A DNA stretch of 37,026 nucleotides from a bacterium (GCA_030605785.1 JAUWHS010000089.1:1-37026); one strand, 5' to 3'; numbered from the stretch's first letter, positions 17,491-28,128 are shown. Program-made: numbers and translations. Notes: generated by a model from the letters alone, not told the origin.

Positions 17491-19266
17491 ATGGGGAATC
17501 TCATGTATATTAAAAAATCATTTTTTAGTTTATTTTCTATATTTACGCTTATTTCTTTTAATTCTCTTTATTCTAGTTCTACTTTTGCAACAAAAACCCT
17601 TGATTTATTTTCCGGCGGTGGAATCTCAACATTGTTCGCCGCAAAGTTCACTCTTTTTCTAGGAACAATTCTATTTGTAACTGTGGCGATAGGTAAAATT
17701 TTAAAAATTATCTTCAAGTTACCTGTTGTCGCCGGACAAATAATAGGGGGAATAATATTAGGCCCGACACTTTTAAACATTCAAAATTTAAAAATTTTTG
17801 ATGAACCATTAAACATGATAGATTTTACAACAAACAAAATATACTCTTTGGCTTCAACAGATATTTTTATGTTTTTTCTTATTTTATCCTCTTCAACCAT
17901 AACGGTTGCGTATTTACTTTGGATCGCGGGACATGAAACAGACATTCAAGATATGGCAAAAGTTGGAATGGTTTCTACCCTTGCCGGTTTTTTAGCCGCT
18001 TTTACACCAATAGTAATGATATCAGCAACTACTTACTATTTTTTTGGTAGTCAATATAACCTAGCGTCAAGTTTAGGACTCAGTGTCGTTTTTGCCGCGA
18101 CAAGTGTTTCAATACCGGTCGCAATGTTAGTTTCACAACAGAAAATGCATTTCAAATTTGCCAAAGCTACAATGGGAGCCGCGATAATTGATGATATTTT
18201 GGCAATAATAATATTTTCAATTTTTACAATAACGCTTCAAAGCGGAATTCTCGGCAAAGGTTATTGTGTAACAAAATTTGGTCACCAAAGCTCCATAATA
18301 TCCTCACTTTTATATATGATATTATCTTTTGCCATTATGTTTGTTGTAGGAAAATTTGTAATTAAAACCGGTGGAAATTGGTTAAGAAAAAGACATCTGT
18401 CTCACTTAATTCCCGCATTCGCAATCGCAATGATGCTCATTTATTTTTCATTAGCAGAAATTTTAGGTGGATTAGCCGGAATTACAGGAGCATATTTCGC
18501 GGGACTTTTTCATCGAATGGGAGATGAAAAGCACAACGCCGAAAAAGTAATTTCTCCCTATGTAAACGTTTTACTTCTTCCATTATTTCTCGGATCAATT
18601 GGAATGCAGGTTCATCTTAACGAATTAACTGTTTATAGCTGGTTAGCAGTATTCGCGATTCTTTTTGTCGCGATAATATCAAAAATGTTTGGATGTTATC
18701 TCTCAACTTTTATTTATAATTTTATAAGACGTGGTAATGAAAAAAAACATTGGACCAATCTGGAAAGTTATTTATTTGGATCATCAATGGTCGCGCGAGG
18801 AGAAGTTGGATTAGTATTGGCAACGATCTTAAAAGGAACTCAATTAATAAATTCTCAACAATATGTTATTTGCGTAACAGTTATAGTTTTAACAACAATT
18901 GTTACACCAATAATGCTGTCTTTTGGATTTCATCATCTTGATAAGGTGTTAAAAATGAAAGCGGCCAAAGAATTACGCGCAATAAAAATTGGTCCGTTTA
19001 AATATCTTTCCCCGCGCCAAGTGTTTGCAATGATGACAACAATTCATCTTCCTTCACCAATAAAATCGGTTGTTCAATTATCTGAAGCTAAAAAAGTTTT
19101 AACCCTAAGCAATAATTTAAAAGCAATATTAAAACCTGAAGAAGGTATTTTTATAGAAGGAAACGAAAAACAAATAAATGATTTATTATCAGCTCTCAAA
19201 ATTGCTCTCGATCAAGATGTAAATCTAATTCCAGCTCATTTGCCACAAACTGAAACTGAAATCTAA
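17491..19266 (+). CDS. Cation:proton antiporter (CPA2/Kef-NapA type) with ~110-aa C-terminal soluble extension
   Basis: About 12 hydrophobic helices with Na+/H+ exchanger-like segments (LPVVAGQIIGGIILGP, GHETD, AAIIDDILAIIIF, GAYFAGL, ARGEVGLVLA). Start could instead be the ATG at 17503. Confidence 0.8.
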   Translation: MGNLMYIKKSFFSLFSIFTLISFNSLYSSSTFATKTLDLFSGGGISTLFAAKFTLFLGTILFVTVAIGKILKIIFKLPVVAGQIIGGIILGPTLLNIQNLKIFDEPLNMIDFTTNKIYSLASTDIFMFFLILSSSTITVAYLLWIAGHETDIQDMAKVGMVSTLAGFLAAFTPIVMISATTYYFFGSQYNLASSLGLSVVFAATSVSIPVAMLVSQQKMHFKFAKATMGAAIIDDILAIIIFSIFTITLQSGILGKGYCVTKFGHQSSIISSLLYMILSFAIMFVVGKFVIKTGGNWLRKRHLSHLIPAFAIAMMLIYFSLAEILGGLAGITGAYFAGLFHRMGDEKHNAEKVISPYVNVLLLPLFLGSIGMQVHLNELTVYSWLAVFAILFVAIISKMFGCYLSTFIYNFIRRGNEKKHWTNLESYLFGSSMVARGEVGLVLATILKGTQLINSQQYVICVTVIVLTTIVTPIMLSFGFHHLDKVLKMKAAKELRAIKIGPFKYLSPRQVFAMMTTIHLPSPIKSVVQLSEAKKVLTLSNNLKAILKPEEGIFIEGNEKQINDLLSALKIALDQDVNLIPAHLPQTETEI

Positions 19267-19353
19267 AGGCAAACAAATTAGATAATTCATTTAAGCTTTT
19301 ATTCGCCCACAAAATGGGTTCAAACAAACAGAATTAACTGTCCAAATTATATA

Positions 19354-19818
19354 TTAAAAATCTAAGCCATGACTCAAAAATTCTACAGCTTCTCCTTCCA
19401 TCTTTCTAGCCTCTTCTATCCAACGTTCTTCATTAATTTCTTTTATTTTTTCCAAACAGTCACAACAATAACCAAGAAGATGGGTTATTTTGATTACATC
19501 TGAAGGCTGCATTGAATATTTTTTCGTTAAATCATCAAAACCTGATAAAAACATATCAATATTCAAATAAATTTCAGACAGTTCCTGGTTTGAAAGTTTT
19601 TCTAAATCTTGTTTTTCAATTAACAATCTATCTAAAAGACCTTTACGACCTTCAAAAAAAGCTTTTATTTCAAACGGTTTTTGTGCATTTTTTTGAGACG
19701 GAACTGTTTCTTCATAAATATCATTAGTTATCAATTCTGCATCCGGACTCGCAAAAGAATTGTTTAAACAAAAAGACCAACAACAAAAAAGCGTGACAAA
19801 AAATAAACTCTTCTTCAT
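19354..19818 (-). CDS. Hypothetical secreted protein (154 aa)
   Basis: I use the internal start MKKSLFFVTLFCCWSFCLNNSFA because a strong RBS (aaaggggggaatcaaaATG) precedes it. No recognisable domain. Confidence 0.5.
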   Translation of the reverse strand: MKKSLFFVTLFCCWSFCLNNSFASPDAELITNDIYEETVPSQKNAQKPFEIKAFFEGRKGLLDRLLIEKQDLEKLSNQELSEIYLNIDMFLSGFDDLTKKYSMQPSDVIKITHLLGYCCDCLEKIKEINEERWIEEARKMEGEAVEFLSHGLDF

Positions 19819-19971
19819 TTTGATTCCCCCCTTTAATTTAAATCCCCAATTAAACCTAATCAAAACTTAGCAAAACAAAACACACAAAATAAACAATTTG
19901 TTAAAATTTACTTTTAGTTTTTAAAACACATAAAAACAATAGATGGGCGTTCAAATAGAAATTTAAGAATA

Positions 19972-20004
19972 TCAAAAAAAAGCCGCGCAAACTAATGCGC
20001 GGCT
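19972..20004 (-). terminator. Rho-independent terminator of groESL
   Basis: GC-rich 9-bp stem agccgcgca (19981-19989) / tgcgcggct (19996-20004). On the minus strand it is followed by an 8-nt T run (plus-strand A run 19974-19981). Confidence 0.85.
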
Positions 20005-20026
20005 AAACTTAAAATTAGTTTCTTGT

Positions 20027-21971
<1,945 letters not shown>

Positions 21972-22045
21972 GAAAAATCCTCCTTGATTTATATAAATGA
22001 ACTAACAAAAAATTTAAAACAACATACTTACTGAATAATTTGACA

Positions 22046-22073
22046 ATTATAAGTTAAAAAAAGAAAAAATCAA
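22046..22073 (-). promoter_or_regulatory. Putative sigma70 promoter for groES-groEL
   Basis: On the minus strand: TTGATT (22073-22068), 16-nt spacer, TATAAT (22051-22046). About 75 nt upstream of the groES ATG. No CIRCE inverted repeat seen in the leader. Confidence 0.4.
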
Positions 22074-22276
22074 CCAAGACCTACAGAAGCGCGCTAAGAT
22101 TTTTTAATTAAAGAAACAAAGGTTTAAAAATAAAAAAAGAAAGTCTGTGACTTTTCGTAAAAATTAATGTTTTTTTATTTATCATCCCCAAATACAAGTT
22201 TTTTTGTTCTCTTGACTCCAAACGGCAAAAAAAAGCACAATTAACTTTGTATAATCAAAAACTAAAAGGAGAAAAA

Positions 22277-24664
22277 ATGAAAAATAAACTAGTTATGATC
22301 TTTCTATTTTTATCAATAAATTTATTTCAAAATAAAATAGAAGCAGCAGAATTAACACAAGAAGAAAAAGAAAACAAATTACTTTTATTTCCATTCAATC
22401 TTGAACGAGCAAGATTACAAGCAACCCAGGAAGATCAAATCAAAAAGCTAAAAAAAGCAATAGTAACACTAAAACCTCTCTCAATTCCGGAAGAATTAAA
22501 AGAAACGGTTGTTAAAGGAAGTTTGATTAAATGGACATACGATACTAAACCTTGGGAAAATATAGAATCGACAGATAATATCAATGAAGAAAATGTTGAA
22601 ACTCTACTACAAGCTTCTCACCAATATTCAATTCCCAAAATTGCAGTCTTTTTTCAAAAACAAATACCAACTGAAGATCAATTTAAAGATAAAAATGACA
22701 AACTTTGCCCTTTAATTTTATCAACCGTAAAAGGTTGGTACATACCATCTTTAATACTTTTAAACAACACTAAAAACAAAGAATTTAAAATCTTTAACCT
22801 AGATATAAGCGCGCAAAATAAACTTGGCCAAACTGCTTTAAATCTTGGAATAGAAGAAGGGGATTTAAATAATAAAAATATAGTCAAAACCATCAAACTT
22901 CTAATAAATAATATTAAACCTATTAGCTTAAGAACCAAAAACAATGAAGGTAATACCGCCTTGCATTCAGCAATTAAAAGACTTGCGGGAGAATTTCCAA
23001 ATGCGCCCGAATTAAAAAAAGAGGGAATTAAAAACTTACTGGAAATAATTGAAATCTTAAAAATAAAAGGTGGTGATCGGTTATTAAAAGAGAAAAATAT
23101 AAAAGAAGAAACTCCATTTCAAATTTATAACGCGAAACAAGAAGAAATAGGAAAAAAATTAACTCCGGAACAAATAACAAAATTAAAAGAAATTTTAAAA
23201 CCGGAACTAGAAGAAATTATTGAGCCTAAAACTCCCGAAACAAAAACTCCCGAAACAAAAACAGTGGAAACAAAAACAGTGGAAACTGAAGCCCCTGGAA
23301 TAATTAAAACATTTCCGATTACAGAGCAGGAAACACTAAATAAATTTATCGAAGGAATCGCGAAAGCAAAAAAAGAAAGTAGTAACGCGAATAAAATCAA
23401 TATTATAAAGATGTTAGTACAGCAAACCGGTATACCTGAAGAGTTTCAGGGAGCCAAACTTGAAAAAGAAAATTGGGAAAACATAACCGATATTGATGGC
23501 ATAATTCAAAATGCGTTAGAGTTTTTATTATATATAAAACTGGAAAAATTAGATGATTATTTGAGCGCTAATTTCAAATGGAGTGATTGGTTAAAAGGTT
23601 CAATCATTACTCCATTAATTGAAGAAGGTAAATTAAATCTCAATGGCGCGCGACCAATTAATATAGACATCAAACTAAAAAGGAAAGAAAATGAAATTTT
23701 TGATGTATTAATAAAAATTAATCAAATAACTCCAATCAAAAACTTATCTGTAATTCATCAAAATAAATTTAAAAGAGTTCCGGATGCAATTTCAGATTTA
23801 AAAGAAATAGAAATATTAGATTTTTCAAAAAACAATATAAAAGAACTTCCTACTACAATCGCGAATTTAGAAAAGCTTCAAACTTTAAATCTTTCTAACA
23901 ATAAAAAACTGAATAAGATACCTAAAGAAATAATTGAATGGGGAAAACAGGAAGGACACTCTTTAAATATTAAAGATACAAAATTCATAGAGCTCCAAGA
24001 AAAAACCGAAAAAATAATTAAAGAGGCTATAAAAGCAATTGAAGAAGCTGAAAAAATAGGAGCTGATGTAAGTTCAGCAAAAGGCCAATTAAACGGGGAA
24101 GAAGGAGCTTTAAAGAAATTTAAAGATGGTGAATTCGCAGACGCTGAAATCTTGGCAAACACAGCTAAAGATAGCGCCTTAAAAGCGATAAAAGCCAAAC
24201 AAAAAGAGATAAAAGGAAAAGAGGAAGAAAAAGTTATCGAAAAAATAGAAATCCCGGAAAAACCCACTCCTGAAATAGCGCCAATAAAAGAAACAGAAAT
24301 AAAAAAAGAAATTGAAAAAGAAAAAACAAAGATAAAAGATAAAAAAGATAAGGAACCTATAAAAGAGGAACCTGAATGGAAACTCACAATTAAAGAACTC
24401 GAAGAAAGAGCAACCGCCGAAAAAATATTAAAAATAAACCAAAAAGAAAAAGAGGCTTTAATTGAATGGGCAAAAACTGAAATAAACAAACTTCCAAAAG
24501 ATAAAAGAACCGCAATAAGAAATTCTGTTAGAATTAGCGTTAGAAAAAGACGTGATATTGAATTTAAAAAAGCAATTGCGGAAACAATTTTCGCGACAAG
24601 TTTAATGTTCAAACAACTATATCATTCAAACCAAATTGACATTTTAAAAGAAGCGACTGAATAG
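22277..24664 (+). CDS. Secreted chimeric ankyrin-repeat + leucine-rich-repeat + Lys/Glu-rich coiled-coil protein
   Basis: I take the start at MKNKLVMIFLFLSINLF (RBS aaaaggagaaaaa). ANK: GQTALNLGIEEGD...NNEGNTALHSAIK. LRR: VPDAISDLKEIEILDFSKNNIKELPTTIANLEKLQTLNLSNNKKLNKIP. Also a KTPET/KTVET tandem repeat and a long K/E-rich C-terminal region. Confidence 0.8.
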   Translation: MKNKLVMIFLFLSINLFQNKIEAAELTQEEKENKLLLFPFNLERARLQATQEDQIKKLKKAIVTLKPLSIPEELKETVVKGSLIKWTYDTKPWENIESTDNINEENVETLLQASHQYSIPKIAVFFQKQIPTEDQFKDKNDKLCPLILSTVKGWYIPSLILLNNTKNKEFKIFNLDISAQNKLGQTALNLGIEEGDLNNKNIVKTIKLLINNIKPISLRTKNNEGNTALHSAIKRLAGEFPNAPELKKEGIKNLLEIIEILKIKGGDRLLKEKNIKEETPFQIYNAKQEEIGKKLTPEQITKLKEILKPELEEIIEPKTPETKTPETKTVETKTVETEAPGIIKTFPITEQETLNKFIEGIAKAKKESSNANKINIIKMLVQQTGIPEEFQGAKLEKENWENITDIDGIIQNALEFLLYIKLEKLDDYLSANFKWSDWLKGSIITPLIEEGKLNLNGARPINIDIKLKRKENEIFDVLIKINQITPIKNLSVIHQNKFKRVPDAISDLKEIEILDFSKNNIKELPTTIANLEKLQTLNLSNNKKLNKIPKEIIEWGKQEGHSLNIKDTKFIELQEKTEKIIKEAIKAIEEAEKIGADVSSAKGQLNGEEGALKKFKDGEFADAEILANTAKDSALKAIKAKQKEIKGKEEEKVIEKIEIPEKPTPEIAPIKETEIKKEIEKEKTKIKDKKDKEPIKEEPEWKLTIKELEERATAEKILKINQKEKEALIEWAKTEINKLPKDKRTAIRNSVRISVRKRRDIEFKKAIAETIFATSLMFKQLYHSNQIDILKEATE
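23228..23287 (+). repeat. In-frame 15-bp tandem repeat x4 (aaaactcccgaaaca x2, aaaacagtggaaaca/t x2) encoding KTPET-KTPET-KTVET-KTVET
   Basis: Read directly in the sequence. Copies 1 and 2 are identical, and copies 3 and 4 differ only in their last two bases (ca vs ct). Confidence 0.9.
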
Positions 24665-24673
24665 AAATAATTG

Positions 24674-24719
24674 AAAAAAAAATTAGCCTTTACCTAAATT
24701 GGTGAAGGCTAATTTTTTT
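24674..24719. terminator. Bidirectional rho-independent terminator shared by the convergent ANK-LRR gene and paralog A
   Basis: Stem ttagcctttacc (24683-24694) / ggtgaaggctaa (24701-24712) with one G-U pair. An A9 run lies upstream and a T7 run downstream. The T run overlaps the stop codon of the minus-strand gene. Confidence 0.8.
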
Positions 24720-27474
24720 AACTGACTTTTATGTCTCTATAATAAACATAAACATCCCAAGAACCAATTCCAACATATTCAAAGTTTTTAACCGGATAAG
24801 GATCTTGCCAATCTAAAATCTTTTTATCATCCTCATAAACAACAATATGTCCCTCATCTACACTGATTTTATATTTTCTAAATTTAAAACTTTGCCCTAA
24901 TTTTTTTAAAGTATCGGGATCTAAAACATCTGTTTTTTCCGGCGCGTCTGAATATTTATATTCCGCGACAGTCGTACCCAAACTTTTTGTTCTTATTACA
25001 GATGCTGTTCCTTTCCAACCACGAATTACAATTTCATAAATAGGTGTATTGCTATTTCTGACATCTGTTCGTTTTGGACTAAAACAAATATTTATATCAT
25101 TAAGAGTCTTTGCTTGAAATGAAATAGTCTTTTTTTGTTTTGAGGAATCTAACTTGATCCAAAAATATTCTCCATAAAGAGGAGGAATTGCTACGCCTTC
25201 TTCCGTTTTGTTGAATTTTTCAATCAAGCCCTGAGCAATTTGATTAGCGTTAAAATACCATTGTTCTTTTTGTTTTATTCCTTTTTCATCCGAGATATCA
25301 AATAGATATGGATTATCTTTCATATTGATTAATAATTTTAATAATTTTGTAGAATATTCATCATCCTGTTTTTTTCCAAATCTAGCATCATAAACAATAT
25401 CAAGGGCTCCAACTACTTTTTTTTGAATATTAGAACCCTCAAAAACTTTCGGATGCGTAGCCAAATCCGCAATTAATCGGTATGCCGCAAGAATTAAGCC
25501 CGGATCTTGTTGTAAATCTATTTTTGTTAAAACATCCTTAACTTTTTTTTGATTTATAACCGCTTGTTCCGGCGCGCCTACCTGCGCAAAAGAAGTTTTA
25601 CCAATACCTCCAACAAACGCGTAAGTCCCCGGCCCTTGAAAACCTAAACGTCTAATCCCTTTATCTTCCGCTTTTGCGGATAACATACTCCCAATTCCCT
25701 TGAAAACTTCACCGCCAACTCTCGCGAGAATCGCGCCTGGCCCCCTTCCCGTTCCGGCCCAAGCCATATCTTCTGAAATTCTAGTTGCCATTTGACCAAC
25801 AGCCTGCCCCATAAATGCGCCTCGTTGCATTGCCTCTTTTTGATGTGTTGGTTCCGGACCTTTTGTTTTTATAAATTTTGGAGTTCCATCAGATTCTATA
25901 TCTAACATTAAAAAATATTTCATATTTTTTTCTTCGACCTTTAAAAGAACATAATTTCTTTTAAAGATTAAATCTTTTATTCCAACGTTTGGTCTGTCCT
26001 GAAATAATTCATATAAAAAAGGACTTATAACAGTAAACGAATCCGGATACCTAAATGCTTGTTCTGTTTTTTGATAATATTCCTGATTTAAATCCATAAT
26101 CAGATCTACAGCCGGACCTATTTTTATATTTTTACAAAATATAGCCCCTTCTGTTTTAGTACCAAAACTTTCCGGTAAGCCAATAGCAATTTGGTTTGAA
26201 ATTTTTAATGGTTCAGGATCTTTCCATACAAACAGCGTGTTTTTACCAGGATTGCCTTTTCCAAATAAAATAAAACCATTATTAATTGATATCCAATAAC
26301 GATTAAATTTTTCCGGATCACTTAAAACAATTTGTTGATTCGCCGTAGACAAAACAGACGCGACAGCTTCACCTCTTCTTTTTAAAATTGTTCTTGAATT
26401 CGCGTCCGCCCCAATTAAAAATTCATATTCAAAATTAGCGCCAAAAGCAACTGTCAAACCGTTTTCACCTTTTGTTTCAAAAGAAAAACAACCTTGACCG
26501 GGAACACGCAATGGTGTTTGTAAAATTTCACAATTATTTTTTTTTGTTTTAACGGCAATTTCTTTTGACTCAAAATATGGTCGCCAGTCTTCTTGCGAAA
26601 CCATCGCGGGACTTAACTGAATATCTGAATATTGAACCGATAAAAGATTCGCGCCAAGCCCGACTCTATTTATTTTTAAACTTGCGTCATCATCAAAAAA
26701 AGACATAAAAACATTTTGACCCGCGAAACCTTGACCAACCAAAACTAGCCCATCATTAATACTAACCCAATAAGATTGAGGAATTCCCGGTTTTACCGCG
26801 GCAAATTTATTTTTTGTCGCTAAAACTTTATAAACAATTTCACTTTCTTTTATTTGCGGATTTCTTTTTAAAATGTAAGATTCCGTATTTTTATTTGCCC
26901 CTATAACAATTTTCCATAAAAATTTTGGCGCAATTTCATCAGAAAAAACAATAACTATCTCTCCTGACTCACTACTTATATCATCTTTCGCCGGATTTGC
27001 CTGAAATGAAATAGTTCCATTATTTATTTGACTTAAAGATTCATCAAGCCATGCATATCCTCCACTAACGGAAATAGATGAACCTGAAATAAGACCCTTA
27101 AGCTTTCTTTTACTAAAACCTTCAATTCTTATTTTTGATTTTTTAATTACAGGATCAAGATTTAAATCTTGTGTTTGATTCGAAGCAACAATTATTTTAT
27201 TTTCATATTTTTTTGTTTTTTGGTTTATATTTAAAAACTTTTTACCACTAATTTTTAAATCATTTGAGGTGTTATTTCTAATTCTTTCTAAAAATGCTAA
27301 ACCAAAATCTCTCAAGGTTTTTTCTCGCATTTTTTTTACACTCTTTACCTTAGTTGTTTCTGTTTTTTCTATTCTTGTAGCATGCGCAATAGTTGGTTTA
27401 ATTTCCTTTGAAAAAATAACAGAAAAATTAATCAACAAATTAAAAATAAATAAAATAAAATGAAAAAACTTCAT
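24718..27474 (-). CDS. Large secreted protein, paralog A (918 aa): three FAMeT-like (Methyltransf_FA-type) beta-sandwich repeats plus a central Gly-rich/helical region
   Basis: Signal peptide MKFFHFILFIFNLLINFSVIFS. Repeat signatures: FLWKIVIGANKNTESYILKR...YWVSINDGLVLVGQG...NRVGLG; FEYEFLIGADANSRTILKRRG...YWISINNGFILFGKG...FVWKDPEP; IYEIVIRGWKGTASVIRTK...ILDWQDPYPVKNFEYVGIGSW. Colinear with the 984-aa paralog. Confidence 0.8.
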   Translation of the reverse strand: MKFFHFILFIFNLLINFSVIFSKEIKPTIAHATRIEKTETTKVKSVKKMREKTLRDFGLAFLERIRNNTSNDLKISGKKFLNINQKTKKYENKIIVASNQTQDLNLDPVIKKSKIRIEGFSKRKLKGLISGSSISVSGGYAWLDESLSQINNGTISFQANPAKDDISSESGEIVIVFSDEIAPKFLWKIVIGANKNTESYILKRNPQIKESEIVYKVLATKNKFAAVKPGIPQSYWVSINDGLVLVGQGFAGQNVFMSFFDDDASLKINRVGLGANLLSVQYSDIQLSPAMVSQEDWRPYFESKEIAVKTKKNNCEILQTPLRVPGQGCFSFETKGENGLTVAFGANFEYEFLIGADANSRTILKRRGEAVASVLSTANQQIVLSDPEKFNRYWISINNGFILFGKGNPGKNTLFVWKDPEPLKISNQIAIGLPESFGTKTEGAIFCKNIKIGPAVDLIMDLNQEYYQKTEQAFRYPDSFTVISPFLYELFQDRPNVGIKDLIFKRNYVLLKVEEKNMKYFLMLDIESDGTPKFIKTKGPEPTHQKEAMQRGAFMGQAVGQMATRISEDMAWAGTGRGPGAILARVGGEVFKGIGSMLSAKAEDKGIRRLGFQGPGTYAFVGGIGKTSFAQVGAPEQAVINQKKVKDVLTKIDLQQDPGLILAAYRLIADLATHPKVFEGSNIQKKVVGALDIVYDARFGKKQDDEYSTKLLKLLINMKDNPYLFDISDEKGIKQKEQWYFNANQIAQGLIEKFNKTEEGVAIPPLYGEYFWIKLDSSKQKKTISFQAKTLNDINICFSPKRTDVRNSNTPIYEIVIRGWKGTASVIRTKSLGTTVAEYKYSDAPEKTDVLDPDTLKKLGQSFKFRKYKISVDEGHIVVYEDDKKILDWQDPYPVKNFEYVGIGSWDVYVYYRDIKVS

Positions 27475-27624
27475 ACTGGAAATCCCCTTTTTAATTTTTC
27501 AATTTCTTATTTTAGTTAAAACATGAAATTGTTGTTTATGTTTTCAATATTCTCAAGTAATTATAATTGGGTTTATCTTTATAAGTCTTTCTTGATATAA
27601 AATTTGACAAGCCCATAAAATGGG

Positions 27625-27672
27625 CGAAGGTAATTAGCCTCGGGTGAAGGTACTTTGTGCCGTAACCCGTGG
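27625..27672. repeat. Left arm of imperfect inverted repeat
   Basis: cgaaggtaattagcctcgggtgaAGGTACTTTGTGCcgtaacccgtgg. The reverse complement of the right arm is cgaaggtggttagcctcgggtgaGCTACGTAGTAGcgtaacccgtgg. Confidence 0.85.
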
Positions 27673-27841
27673 TACATAAAAACCAAATAATATTCGCCCC
27701 ATTTTATGTGGGCGGGGGAATTAATAAAATTTACAAATTCCCTCACCCCATTTCTCCTTCGCTAAAGCTTCGTAGAATCAATCCGCCGAAGTTTTAACGA
27801 AGGCTGAAAAACGGGGTGAAACTTGTACTATAACTAACTCT

Positions 27842-27888
27842 CCACGGGTTACGCTACTACGTAGCTCACCCGAGGCTAACCACCTTCG
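27842..27888. repeat. Right arm of imperfect inverted repeat
   Basis: ccacgggttacgctactacgtagctcacccgaggctaaccaccttcg. Pairs with 27625-27672 except for 2 mismatches and a ~12-13-nt central block. Confidence 0.85.
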
Positions 27889-28045
27889 TCCCTCGACTAG
27901 CTCGGGACTCGAGGCTTCGGGACTGGTCAAACAACTTAAAAAGTCAACATACAATTTCAAACATATTTCCAAAAGTCACAACTTGAGTTTTTATAAATAA
28001 AACAAAATAAGAGTCATTTTTTCAAGTGACATAATATTTTAACAT

Positions 28046-28085
28046 AAAACAAAGCCAGCTCATTTAAAAGAACCGGCTTTGTTTT
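28046..28085 (-). terminator. Probable terminator hairpin after paralog B
   Basis: aaaacaaagcc (28046-28056) pairs with ggctttgtttt (28075-28085). AT-rich outer stem with A/T runs on both sides, 44 nt past the stop of the 984-aa gene. Confidence 0.45.
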
Positions 28086-28128
28086 TATAAAGAAACTAAT
28101 TAAAATATCATTTTGCCTATTAACACAT

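Larger units (their letters stand above)
27605..27930. other. GC-rich nested inverted-repeat / multi-hairpin island (candidate structured ncRNA, 5' leader, or MITE-like palindromic element); strand undetermined
   Basis: Hand-counted G+C is about 48% over 27611-27930 and 60% over 27841-27930, against much more AT-rich flanks. It has ~48-nt inverted-repeat arms and at least five further helices (see findings). No convincing ORF. Confidence 0.6.

Noticed and set aside
21972-22276. CIRCE (TTAGCACTC-N9-GAGTGCTAA) or a sigma32-type heat-shock promoter upstream of groES
   Set aside because: I found no inverted repeat resembling CIRCE. A CCCCAAAT string at ~22187 is on the wrong strand for groES and lacks a CTTGAAA -35. 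Only a sigma70-like TTGATT-N16-TATAAT is supportable.
23878-24612. 244-aa minus-strand ORF (also 22678-22944 and 23125-23400) opposite the ANK-LRR gene
   Set aside because: The product is low-complexity Ser/Phe/Ile-rich, which is the antisense reading of a Lys/Glu-rich (AAR/GAR) coding region. It is an artefact.
27605-27930. Identity of the GC-rich island as RNase P RNA, tmRNA, SRP/4.5S RNA or 6S RNA (its size and GC contrast fit such genes)
   Set aside because: Neither strand contains the universal RNase P P4 motifs (GAGGAAAGUCC / ACAGAAnCCGGCUUA-like). There is no tRNA-like tmRNA end (GGUUCGAnUCC...CCACCA) and no SRP domain IV motif (GGAAGCAGCC-like). The dominant feature is a long inverted repeat, which those RNAs lack. 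This judgement rests on motif memory only, so an Rfam scan is still needed.
27778-27972. 64-aa minus-strand ORF (MEICLKLYVDFLSCLTSPEASSPELVEG...) inside the GC-rich island
   Set aside because: There is no RBS, and its composition simply mirrors the GC-rich palindromes. It is the only ORF in the spacer and spans the hairpin arms, so it is most likely a chance ORF.
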